DNA from: Lama guanicoe
Taxonomy: Eukaryota
Reading direction: 5' to 3'
Length of the DNA stretch: 64,000 bases
Assembly (NCBI GenBank): GCA_013239625.1
Contig: MU056216.1
Coordinates: 11,256,729-11,320,728, forward strand
This document shows, in pieces, positions 11,961-24,657 of the stretch. How positions within the stretch are numbered: position 1 is the stretch's first letter; every line of letters begins with the position of its first letter. Below the pieces are notes generated by a model, which saw only the letters and a program-made list of their open reading frames with translations, ran no database searches and had not been told where the DNA came from. Position numbers and translations under genes: made by a program.

Positions 11961-13200
11961 ATCCTCTTCATTTGAGTTCTAAAATGCCTTTATTTTAAAT
12001 CTCATACCGGAGTTCATTTTAAATGAGCAAAAATTTTTTTTTCTGATACCAGAGATAAGCGTGAAAGATGAACCAGGTTTGGCATGAATTTATAAAAAAG
12101 ATGTGATTGTGTCAAATTAAATAACTGTTCAAAAAGGCTACCAGTTGTAATTCAGATGCCACCCGTATTCATCACGTTACAGAGGCAGACTCACGCCCCT
12201 GTGGTTTTGTTGATGCTGTTCTCCCTGCTTAGGTAGGGCCCTGCTTCTCCTGCCCCTTCATTCTTGACACTTAAAGGAAGCCTCTTCTGAGCAGCCTTCC
12301 CTGATCCCTGGTCGACCCACAAGGTCGGGAGTACCCCCTCTGCAGGCTTCTGATATACCCAGAGACGGCTTCGATTACAAGCTTATGACATTATAACTAC
12401 GTCTGTCTCCCACACCCAACAGTGAGTTCCCTGACAAGAAGCATTTTTTATTTATCTTTGTATTAAGTGCATATGATAGGTTTTCCATCAATGAAGTTTA
12501 TTGAGTGACTAAATAAAAGTCTTCTTAATAATACTGAAAGTCACACCAAGGAAGAAATACCCTCTGGGTAGCCATATTCATGGGAGTTTTAACTGGAGGA
12601 AGAGATGGGGAGGGAGTAAGAGCTGAGAATTTCTGAAAATCAGATTTCAGATAATTTTGCCTTTCAAGGGGCGACAGGCTGGGAGATGGCAGTCTTCACT
12701 GATGGACAACGGAGCCCAGAGGGTGAGCTGTTGAGTGGTGTGAATCACTGAGAAGAAAGCTGTTTTTAAAGCAGAATGGCCTCTGAAGACACGGAGTTCA
12801 GTTTCCTCGAGTGATAAATACGAAAACTAGCCATACAGAGTTATTGGAAACAAAATGTTTACCCTCAGGTACTCCTCCTTCCTTCTTCCCCAGCTTTATT
12901 TGTGTCTTCCTGGGCTTCCTCTACGCCCACCCTCACCCCACTACCCTGCCAACTCCCAGCCCCCATCTTAGGCCACTGTGCTGAAACTTTCCCTCTCTTC
13001 CAAAATGCACCTGTTCTGGGCTCCTATACTGTCCAAGAGGAATAACCCAGTAAAATGAGTTAAGTTGAGGTGATAATAATTCAGCCGCTTGTATCTGCCA
13101 GGCTGTTTATTCTCTTGCATCCTCACTCAGCCCTCCGCTGAAAAGCATTAGCCTCCATTCTGGACACTGGAAAATGACAAGGGGTTTCGGGCACAAGTCA

Positions 13201-13413
<213 letters not shown>

Positions 13414-15011
13414 TCATTGAGCAGAGAATTTGTGCCTTTGTTTGTGGGATGCACCTGAGAGCCCTGAACCCAACTTGGGACTTAATCAGCATCCTTAATG
13501 GTACTGGAAAGGGTGTAGCTATATGAATGACACCTCCCATGACCAGGGCTGTGCAGAGCTGCTGGGATTCAGGGCTGTTTCTGGTGGGAGTGGGAGTGAT
13601 TAGAGATGATGGCCAGAAGGTTGATTTTGACCACTGTTTTCAGAAAAGAAGTTGTCCTTGAAATTGACTCTGCTGCAGGTCAGCATGTTAGGATGGTAGC
13701 ATTCACCCCCTGCTGAATAAACAGAAGCTTCCTTCCCTTTCATGCCATCTCCTGTGCAGATGTGGACTGACAGACAGACAGGCCTCCTTCAGGGATCCAG
13801 GGTTCTCAGGATGGACGGTTTGGAAGGATGATAATATTCACCGTTAGCGTTCACTGCACATCTGTACCAATGGAGGGACGAGGTGCAAGCAAAACCAAGC
13901 CAATACATACTTGGTCCTGAATATTGTTCATTTCAGGTGGGTTCTGATAGTCATGGAGTCATCATGAGAAACAACGAACACCTAACGTGAGTATCTAATT
14001 TCTGCAACCTGACCAACCTCTGTCAACTTCAGGGACGTCTTAAGGACTGCTTTCAGGTCCAGGCGTCCCCTTTAGAGGGACCGTTAACCAGTAGGAGGGA
14101 CCAGGCACTGGTGGGGACTTGACGCTATATCCTGAAAAGAGTGTTCATAGGGTCTGGAAATGATTTAAGTGGAGAATATGGAGGGCATATAGTCAGGTTT
14201 TCACAGGATAATAAATTCATAATAGTAAACCTCTGTGGGAAGAAGTAGAACCAATGGCCAGAAGTTTAGCAAGGAAAATTCCAGCTGTTGAGAACTTTCA
14301 AACAGTTGGCGAATCCAAGCACGAAGGAGCTACCTTGGAGAGTGGGGCAACCCCCGTGAAGAGTTTGAACAGGTACAGTATCACCCTTGGGCAAGGATGG
14401 GGGAGAAGGGGCTCACACATTACTCCTAGGCTGCCTTCTAACCCCAGGATGCTCAGCTACTATTCTGTGGTTTTGTCTCTTTAAAGCACTACTTGATCTC
14501 AGCTCCATGCCAGGAGTGAATCACTGTCTCAAGACCGACATCAAATTATCCTCTTAACCAGGAACTTGGAGGTGGCTTGGTCATGGAACTTTTAAAACCT
14601 TTTCTGTTGAAAACAATAGGAATGAGGATCATAAAAGAGCACCTAAGTAGAATGGTTGCTAAATCCCAAGATGCCTGAAGGATGTGCCATGTGGATAAAC
14701 TTCCAGTGAATAACTGACAAGTCTAATTGGATTCCCACCTAACCTTTTCCCCCATCATTTTATAGCCGATAAATCCACCCTTTTATTTTATGAGGGGAAC
14801 GTGTCCCCCAGTCCCAGTGACTGTCCCTTCCAGGCAGAAGATGTACTCATTTCACGGCATAAGCAGTCAGTTCTCTTCTGAGACTTATTCAGCCCCTGGG
14901 TTTGAGGCTTGGTGCCACAGTCACAGTTTTAATTCCATGCAGGGATCACTGGCATTCTCCATGATAGTCTATGAATTTGTTTTAAAAGCTACAAGTGTTG
15001 TAAATCAACTA

Positions 15012-15257
<246 letters not shown>

Positions 15258-15588
15258 TTACTCCTTGTATGCTATTTCCAAATAGCATCGTATTTTCATT
15301 CTGCTTTGCTTCTGGCAGTAGCTTCCAATTCATCACCCTGAAACCCACTCTTCTTACATTTGGAGGTATGGTCAATGTACTTTTTATGGATATTTCAACC
15401 AAGAAATAATTTTCTGCTTTATCAGGCACAGGAAGTATACGCTTACATGATTAAAAGCAGTTTCTAATGCAGACATTGCACATCAGTTAGGAGTGCCTTT
15501 TTGCTGCTGGAAGCATGCCTCCCTCCAGTGGTCTTGCCTAGCCCCTGGGCCAGCGGTTGGGGAGCAGAGGGAGAGATTTTAGATAGGC

Positions 15589-15756
15589 TACGGTTGCCAT
15601 ATAAAAATAGGATGCTAGTGAAATTTGAATTTCAGATAAGCAGTGAATAATTTTTTAGCGTAAGCATGGATGAGCACTTATTTTTTACCTACTATTTATC
15701 ATTATTCAAATTTAACTGAATGTCTTGTATTTGTACTTGCTAAATCTGGCAACCTG
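15589..15756. mobile_element. MER53-like palindromic hAT MITE
   Basis: Terminal inverted repeats GGTTGCCA...TGGCAACC and internal AAATTTGAAT / ATTCAAATTT arms. Confidence 0.8.
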
Positions 15757-16697
15757 AGAAGGGGCAGAGGAAAAGAGCCTTGCCGATGGAGGGTTAGGTA
15801 ACAGCACTGTCATTAGCAGATGAGGCACTATTATTTTTTGAAATAACTGTGCTAATAAATAGTCATTAAATATATGATCGTTAAATACCTCTGAAGCACT
15901 GACTAAACACCGGTTTGCGCGAACGCTACCAGATTGGCCAAGGAGAGAGTCGTAGAATGAGTTCACCCTGAACTCTTGCTGCAAAATGTTGGTTCAGACA
16001 CACATCACACAACACCAACTTTAATCACAACACCAACTTTAATGAGTATCATGAGCAGTGTCACTACAGTGCTAATTACTGGTGACACTAACTCAATTCT
16101 TTTTCCAAATTAGTTTTTCAACAGGTCTTTCCAGAATAAACTCAAATGCACATTGTATATCAAACAATATGTGATGTCATCTACTGGCACCCAAGAGCAT
16201 TTTAATATTGATTTTTAAAAAATGACCTCTGTCTAGATCAGCACAGTGGGAAAGAGTTTCACTACATGCCGCCTCTTAATTTAGATGAGTCAGGAACACA
16301 GGACGTGGCTACCGAATGGCCCTTCATAACGGCCTCATAAACCGCCTGAGGAGAGGACAAGGTTACAGGGAGGAGAAAACTTGAGGGCTGAAAAGTCAGG
16401 ACATTCCGTAAGATATTTTGGAAAGTCATCTGTATTGTTTCCGGGAAGCACCACCTATAACTTGGTTTTTGTAAATTACTCATAGCTTTATTCATAAACC
16501 AGTTCCGGCTGAAATGCTTAATACCTATCTGTCTCCCCCAGCTACCACTCAAAAGAAAACGTTTTCAGTTCCTATATGTGTTCTGTGCCAAGGTTAAAGG
16601 TAATTAAGTCATCGTTCACCTCAAACTGGTATGATTAGGGAGCTACCTACAGGACACACAGATATGGGATGTCATATCTTGCAGCCATAACACTTGG

Positions 16698-16856
16698 AAC
16701 TGTGGTTCTCACCTGGAGATGATACATCACAATCACCTAGGAAGGGTTTTCCAAAATACACCCACTGAACCTCATCTCAGACATTGAGAATTTCTAGAAG
16801 TGGGACCCAGGCACTTATATTGTGAACAAGCTTCCAGTTTGCTTAAGAATCACTGA
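16698..16856. mobile_element. MER5-like hAT-Charlie MITE
   Basis: GTGGTTCTCA...AATCACCTAGGAAG...TTAAGAATCACTG. Confidence 0.55.
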
Positions 16857-17889
16857 CTCTAAGCTTTGGACAAGGTGCTTCAGAAGCCCAGAGACAGTGT
16901 GATGGGCTCTGTTGGTGGAAGTGGAGGAAGACGAGCATCAAAAGGCAGACGCAGTGGAAGGCATGTTTAGACGATGGGTCGACACGGAAGCAAAGATGCA
17001 CAGTGTGCTCGTCAAATGTGGTCTAGCCGGTGGGAGTGTGAGGCGCCCAGGGCAGGGAGGAGTAGCTGAGGGTGAAGCAGGAACCAGGTTGTAAAGGGTC
17101 TTGAGATGCTGGTCCAAGCGGGCAAGATGGACCAGCAGAAAAGACAAAAATCAGGCTTTAGAGTTACCGTGAGCTCCTTTGAAGATAAAGATTAAGTCTT
17201 ATTCTTCATTGACCCTCAGTACTTATTACAGTAATAGTCCTCAATAAATATTTACTAAATTAATGAGTGAACAAAAGAGAAAAAATGGAAATGTAATTGC
17301 CATGAGTTAGCCATTAATCTGAATCACACTCTAGTGACCGCTTATGTGATATATGCTTAAGGTAACTCTAAGTTCTTAGTCCTTCTCAACTAATGGCTTT
17401 ATTATCTTTGTAAAACCTAGTGTTAATGCATTCCTTCAGGACTATTAAGAGGAGAAGTTCCTGAAGCAAAAGGACCTGACCAGCACCCGAAGTCCATGTA
17501 GGGGTGTTGAAGTCTGGACAGAGAAGATAACCTGATCCAATGACGTCCATGCCCCTGAGGCCTGGACTCCTCCCGGGGACCAGCCCTGCCCCTCAGGAGA
17601 TCAGCACCCACTGGTTTCTTTCCGCTTGATAAAGGTGATACTGAGTAGTTCTAACCAAAAGGGAATAACTGGCCCTTTAAGATTAGGCAGGACATCTGCA
17701 GAAAGGCCCCTTCCAAAAGTAAATCCACAGCAAGGACTGTTCAGAACCACTAGGACCATGGACACATAATCTATAGCCAAGTGAGAGCTTCGTTCCGCTG
17801 TTTTTCTCTGCTCTTCTAATTCATCAAAGCCAAGTTCTTCAAGTCTGAATGTGGAAACAAGCACCTTAAGTGCGCCTCACCCATTCGCC

Positions 17890-18560
17890 TTAATTCAGTA
17901 ATGAGGATACAAAGACAAGACATGCTTCCTGTGCTTCAGAAGCTTAAGGTATTAGAGAAACAGATACAAAAAAAGATAATCACTATATTATTTGATAAAT
18001 GCTGCAGAAGAGGTAAGAATGGGGTCTATAAAAACATGGCAAGGCCACCAATTCAAACCTGGGGGATCAGAGAAGGGAAATAAAGCTAACATTTAAACTT
18101 AGATTATGAACAAGTGTCAACTAAAAGGGGGAAGGGAGAGGTCTTCATGGGGAGGAGGCAACGTGTGCAAAGGGCACGAAGCTGCAGGGGTGTCGTGAAC
18201 CCAAAAGGCAAAAGGCAGTTGGTTTCAAAAAGAGTATGGGGACAGACAGGGGCCAGATTATATAGGGCTCACCTTAAGGCATTTGGCTTTTATCCTGAGG
18301 ATGATGAGGGGCCGGGGGTGGAGGGCTCACTGAAGGATTTTAAGCTGGATGATGACATCAATTTGCATATCTGGAAATTCACAATGGCGCTAGGGTGGAC
18401 AGTGGACTAGAGGAGACAAAGCTGGAGAATGGAGCGGCTGAGAAGTCATCCAAGGAGAGACGATGGTAGCCTGATCTAAGGCAGTGGCCGTAGGGAGGGA
18501 GAGAAGCAGCTGGAGGTGAGAGATTTAGGAGGGAGTCCTGACAGTCTTGGGTATTTATCC
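17890..18560 (-). mobile_element. L2 fragment
   Basis: GGCTTTTATCCTGAG...ACTGAAGGATTTTAAGC...GATGGTAGCCTGATCTAAGGCAGTGG. Confidence 0.7.
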
Positions 18561-18882
18561 GCACATGGGGAAATGGTGATTTGTGCATGCTGAAAAGGAT
18601 GACTTTGATTGGAAATTCAGAGACATCTTTTAAGAATGCTGACATTTCACATGCTTTTCCATGACCCTCAGTGTTCATCTGCAAGTATGAAGGTCTTTTA
18701 ACTCCATATCCATCTAGCTTCAAAACATGTACTTCCATACATTCTCTCCATCATTCAGCATAATTTACAGATCACCTTCTATACACCAGACTGGACTACA
18801 TACTGCACTAGATCCTGAGTGAATAAAGGTCTTTGGGGTGCTTACTGAATAGTGGAGGAAAGAGTAAAACAAAAACAATAGA

Positions 18883-19047
18883 GGAGGGAGGACATAGCTC
18901 AGTGGTAGAGTGTGTGCTTAGCATGTATGAGGTCCTGGGTTCAATCCCCAGTACCTCCAGCGAAATAAGTAAGTAAGTAAGTAAACAAACAAAAAACAAA
19001 CAAACCTAATTACCTCCCCTGCCAAAAATATTTTTTAATTAAAAAAG
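18883..19047 (+). mobile_element. tRNA-derived SINE (camelid Vic-1-like)
   Basis: Same head (ATAGCTCAGTGGTAGAG...GGGTTCAATCCCCAGTACCTCC), (TAAG)n/(AAAC)n linker, CTAATTACCTCCCC, A-rich tail. Confidence 0.85.
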
Positions 19048-19054
19048 AACTGCA

Positions 19055-20220
19055 GGAAACAATTCCCATATTTGAAGGCATGAGTTTCTAGATTGAAAGG
19101 ACCTCTGACTGTCTAATATAATGAACGCAAAAGATTCTCACTAATGTGTACAATTGTGAAATCTCACAATGTCAGGAATAAAGAGAGGATGCTAAGAGGT
19201 TCCAGTGGGAAAAATACAAAAGAATCAGGAATCAAAATGGCATCAGTGTTCTCCACACAAATCCTGGATTTCTAGAGTCATTTGGAGGGATGCATTGAGG
19301 GGAAATGATTATCATCCTAGAATTCTATATCCAGCCGAACTAGCAAACATGTGTAAGGAAGAAAAAAAGCTATTTCCAGATTGGGAAGAACACAAGTCAA
19401 AAAAGTCACTCCCATTCATCCTTTCTTAAGAAGCAACTGGAAGATGCGCTTCAGCAAAATGAGGGAGAAGGAGTAAGAAAGAGAAAGATGTGGATTCAAG
19501 AGGAAACCAGATCTATGTGGGCAGAGGCCAAAGAAATGCCCAGAATGATGAAATAAGAAGTCCCAGGGCCCAGCTGGGCAGCAAACCTACAGAGCAACCA
19601 GTCTAGATAGGAGGGGAATGTCGGAGGGTGTCAGAAAGATCATCTCCAGGAAAATACTCAAACTGATAAAATGTTTGAAATCATGTATGGAGAAAATCTT
19701 GATAAATGTGTAACAAAGTATTTGGAAAAAATAGTGACAGGCACATAGAAAACTAAGCATATTTTAAAAAGTCAATCATTAACTGATAAAAAACAAAATG
19801 AAAAAGGAAAACTAAAAGGAAACAATCATAAAATATCATTTGGTTCAGTGGTATATATTTACATAATCATAATATATCACATCATTGTAATCATAATATA
19901 AACACTAGCAATTTGAATTAACCCAAAATTTGTAATATTATTATATTGAGAGGATGGATGGAGGGGGAGTGAGAAAGAATTATAGGAGGGCCAAATCCTC
20001 ACTTACCGTAACAGGAAGTCAACAATAATGTCTAGAATTGATGAATCAAAAATAGCAATATAAGCATATGATTTTAAATATGGAGGCTCACATAAGAAGA
20101 AATAGTTGAAAGAATGGAAATTGTCAATGGGAGTAAAACCGGGAGAGGAGAGGGATTGGTCACGGAACTGCTACTTCCTTGTGAGGTTTTAGAATGTATC
20201 AGTTTAATAAAAGTAATTTT
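19055..20220 (+). mobile_element. HAL1 or ancient L1 ORF1-like relic
   Basis: AGTTTCTAGATTGAAAGG...CCTAGAATTCTATATCCAGCC encodes PRILYPA, a conserved L1 ORF1 motif. A-rich and degenerate. Confidence 0.65.
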
Positions 20221-20563
20221 AATTTAAGTAATTAAAAAATAGTAAACAGCAGTTAAGAATTGAAAGCAGCATGTTTAACTCAACCTTGTCCTCTTCTCCT
20301 GGCTCATTCATCCTTGTCCTTTGGACAACAAACCTTTTCTGATCTTCCTCCCCACCTTAGGCTGGATGTCCTACTGTGTACCCACAGCACCCTGCATTTC
20401 CCACAACGTGCACCTTTTTCTGTTCAACTGTTGTTCACTAAATTGCCCTTTTCCATGTCTATACTGTGAGTTCCTTAAAAGAAGAGACTACATCTGTGTT
20501 GCTAACCACTGTGACTCCAGTGCCTAACACATTACCAGGGAAAGGGAAAAAACGAACATTTAC

Positions 20564-20720
20564 CTTCTGTTCTGTCCACAAAGTCTCTCCTTGTATGGGA
20601 AATAAACTGATTTAGTATTGCTTTCCTAACTTCGTCCATTGAAGCAGCAATTTTCCAAGGGAAGTAGCTCTTTACTGATGCTGTTGATTGACCTTGAGGT
20701 AGCGTCCAGAGAAAGAAGTC
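20564..20720 (-). CDS. TEX26: TEX26 coding exon 4 (157 nt)
   Basis: Acceptor tgatag|GAC, donor AAG|gtaaat. Encodes DFFLWTLPQGQSTASVKSYFPWKIAASMDEVRKAILNQFISHTRRDFVDRTE. Confidence 0.94.
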
Positions 20721-21244
20721 CTATCAATATAAACAAAACTTTCAAGAAAATCCACATAAGTTCACCTAATGGACATATCCTCAACCATCATGTCTTCAGC
20801 TGTGCTCACATTTCCCCCTAAGCCCTTCCCACCAAACCCAGTCCCCCCTGCAAGTGCCAGCTTAGTGAACAGCATCAGTTCAGACCCAGCCATCTAAGTA
20901 AAAAACAAAACAAGAACATCATCCTTCATTCATTCCTCTTCCTTTTTACATCCTTTCAGTCATCAAATCCTGACCATTCTGCTGCCTTATTATCTATTGA
21001 ATGTGTCAAGGTGATTCCATTCCAGGTGGCACCATTCCAAGTGGCAGCCAAATAAATGCAACCCTTTACTACGATTGAGCATTGCCAGTTAGTTACTTCC
21101 ACCTAGAGGAGAAGGGAATTAGATACGACTCTCTCTAAGTTGAGCCTTGAAGAATCTATGAGTTTCTTTGGCGGACAAGAGAAGAGGATCTGGATAGTCA
21201 ACAAAATAATGAAAGGTCTGGTGGTTTGAGAACGCTTGATACCA

Positions 21245-21710
21245 AATACTTGCTCGTGCCTGTTCACAGTAGCTTTGTTCATAAAAGTCAAAAGATGGAA
21301 ATAACCCAAATGTCCATCAATAGATAAATGGATAAACAAATGGTGGTATGTACANNNNNNNNNNNNNNNNNNNNNNNNNNNNNNNNNNNNNNNNNNNNNN
21401 NNNNNNNNNNNNNNNNNNNNNNNNNNNNNNNNNNNNNNNNNNNNNNNNNNNNNNNNNNNNNNNNNNNNNNNNNNNNNNNNNNNNNNNNNNNNNNNNNNAG
21501 ACTATGTCATCCATAGAAACAGAAAGCAGACTGGAAGCTGCGAGAGACTAGGGGAGGGAACCCTGGTTCCCTCTTGGGGTGATGAAAATATTTGGGAGTA
21601 AGATAGAAGTGGTGGGTGCAGGACATAATGAATATACTAATTGCCAGTGATTTGTTCACATTAAAATGATTCATTTTATGCTATGTGAATTTTACTTCAA
21701 TTAAAATTTT
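21245..21710 (+). mobile_element. L1MB-like 3' end with N-run at 21355-21498
   Basis: GGAAATAACCCAAATGTCCATCAATAGATAAATGGATAAACAAA...ATGTGAATTTTACTTCAATTAAAA. Confidence 0.8.
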
Positions 21711-21868
21711 TTTCTTATTTAGGGGGATAAGGGAGATGTAGTTAGAAATAACTGTGAGAAGGTGGGCAAAAAATAGTCAAAGAAGGACCGTAGCTATAGG
21801 TGATGTAGGATCTTTGGGATATAGTCACACTCTCGTTCTTATGGGTTATTGATACAATATTAAATTCA

Positions 21869-22078
<210 letters not shown>

Positions 22079-22319
22079 TTAGAGTAAGTGATCAAATATC
22101 AAATCTCACCACAGTATACTTGTCAAATAGTTTTTAAAAGCTTGGTTGACTTAAGACTTGATGCCAGAAACCATTTAATTTCCAGATCTCCCTGAAGAGA
22201 AGCAATCCTGTATCTTAGGATGCTCCTAACAAAAAGTATGGGAATTCTAATATGAAATTTAAAAGAATAATCTGAAATTTATTAACTTTTAAATTAATTT
22301 TTTAAAAAGCTGAGTACTC

Positions 22320-23120
22320 TTCCTTAAAAACAGTACTTCAGTGTAACCAAATACTCGGTGAAGAAAAGTTAATCTCTACAGAAGTATTCCAGTTAATAAA
22401 AGGAAGAAATATAAGAACTAGGATACCACTGGCTTGCAAGTCCCCAGTGAAATAATGCGACTAGGCCATGATCAGCCACTGCCACTCACATTTCCAAAAG
22501 AGGGACCAGCAGAGAGTGTGTGCTCTGGACACACATACACAACACCACCTATTAAATATTTTTGCCAAAACACCCAACCTGAATCAGATGAAGTCTTTGG
22601 AATACCACATTACAGGAAATACATGAAAAGGATATTTTAAAATGACATGAGAAGGATGAAGTTAGAAAGATCTGGAACAATGATCTATTTCTTCAACAAA
22701 GAAATTCTTGGGCAGGGGGAAGCAGAGGAACCTGCAGATTAAATGAAGTAAGAGAATGAAATGCATAGACCATGTTTGGATTTAATTTCCAAACAACTGT
22801 TGCTTTTTTTTTAATTATGAGGCAACTAGAGAAAATTTTATTGCTGGTTGGCTATTGGCTATTAAGGAATTGCTTTTTTAGGTGAGATAATGGTGTTGTT
22901 ACTTTTTTTTTTTAAAGAATCCTTAGCTCTCAGATATACATAAAAACATATTTAGAATCGACAGGATGTAATGTCTGGAGTTTGCTTCAACATTATCCAG
23001 GGGAAAGGCTGGATGGAGGATGTACATAAAAAATGTCCACATGTTGTTGATTATTGCAGCTGGATGATTGCTGGGGATTTATTGTATACTCCTTTGTGTA
23101 CGTCTAAAATATTTCATACT
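22320..23120 (+). mobile_element. L1MC-like 3' region
   Basis: CAGTGTAACCAAATA...ACAGAAGTATTCCAGTTAATAAA...ATGTCTGGAGTTTGCTTCAACATTATCCAG, degenerate. Confidence 0.6.
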
Positions 23121-23638
23121 GACTTTTTTTCTACAAAGAGGGCTGGGTTAGATTCAGGTTACGTCTGTAAGAAACAAAACATCTGGAAAGTGGGATACAT
23201 CTGGATGCCGGACTGTCTCACGTGTCACTGAGACATGCAGATTCAAGTAGGACTGTGGTCCTAAATCAAACTGAAGTCATCCAAGGTAGATGAAGATTTT
23301 CCAAAGAGAACACAGCACAATTAGCTTTAAAGGGATCGATGTTCACATCTCCATTTCTCAGTATACACTTTCCTAACATGGATCTACCAGAGAACAAAGC
23401 TGCATCTCTATGCGGGTCTTTTCTTTCCCTCACGGCTTTCTCCCTTCCCAACTTGACCAAAGATCTCACTAAGGTGCGTTTTACCCCTGGGTGTAAGCCT
23501 CCAACTGTGAGAGGGGTGCCTGGCAAAGGGAAACTTTGTTATAGTGATTTCAGGGAACCCCCTTGTAATCCAAATTCCATACACCTGCCTAGGGCTTGCT
23601 GTTCTAGGTCAAGAGTGAAAGGTGGGCTATGAGCAGAG

Positions 23639-24657
23639 CATTACAACCAGTGCGGGGATGTTCTGAATGTAGGTCCGCTGTAGACTGGCGTGGCTAAGAA
23701 TAACGTCTCGTTTTCCCTGTCCTAACAATTATAAAATGATCATCCCTCTTTAAAGAGAAGCTTAAAAAGCAGAGCAGAGAATATAGAACATAGAACACTT
23801 AAAATGGTTCTTTGCCCCACATATTTAAAAGTAAGCATTTTTTCCAGCTTTTTGAAAATCCCTAGGATATGTCATTAGCTGGAAAGAAGGGCACCTCTGA
23901 GGAGACGAAGCAGTACAGGGTGGCAATGCTGATTCTTTTCCATGTAACTGGAATCTTTTCTAAGACGATCAAATTTTTAAAGATTCACTGCATAAAACTG
24001 GTACATAAAAATCTTGTGATCTTTATTTTTTTCAGATTTTGTATTCATCATTCAATAAGGTGTTTAAATCTAATGTTTTAACCCAAACACATTATGAAAT
24101 ATTTACTCCCATATAGCCAGTCCTTGTTTTATTTTATGATGTAAAATATTTAACAATACATGAAAGTATATGCAGATTTGCCAGACTATTAATATTCACC
24201 ATACATAACCTTCTCTTTCATTAAACGCATAGTAAATGTTTGATTTGGTGTCTAAAGAAATCAATGAATTGTTCCATTCACGTTTATGAATGATATTATT
24301 TGACGATTTCCCAAAGTCAAGCACCAGAGTTCTATACACATGAGAATGTAATCAGCTAAGGAAACTCATTTTTTTTTATCATATTCACTTCTCAGATAAC
24401 TTACATATTTAGCTACACACTTCATTGCATTATTTTTATTACTTGGACATAATTAATCATATTAGATCTGAATCTTTTCACACTTCTGTTTACTTTTAAT
24501 AATCTTCTCTAAAATATGCATTCCATAATTTATTAGTGGTTTTCATAGTATTCCTCAAAACATACATTACAGCCAGTGGGGGATGTTCTGAATGTAGGTC
24601 CACTGTAGAATGGTGTGGCTGAGAATAATGTCTCGTTTTCCCTGTCCTAACAATTAT
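23639..24657 (+). repeat. Dispersed ~94-bp direct duplication (23639-23732 and 24565-24657)
   Basis: The two copies differ by 6 substitutions and 1 indel. Confidence 0.9.

Noticed and set aside
16262-16552. ORF containing NKAMSN, reminiscent of TEX26 NKALSN
   Set aside because: Chance match. The true exon 4 is at 20564-20720 and the gene model is complete without it.
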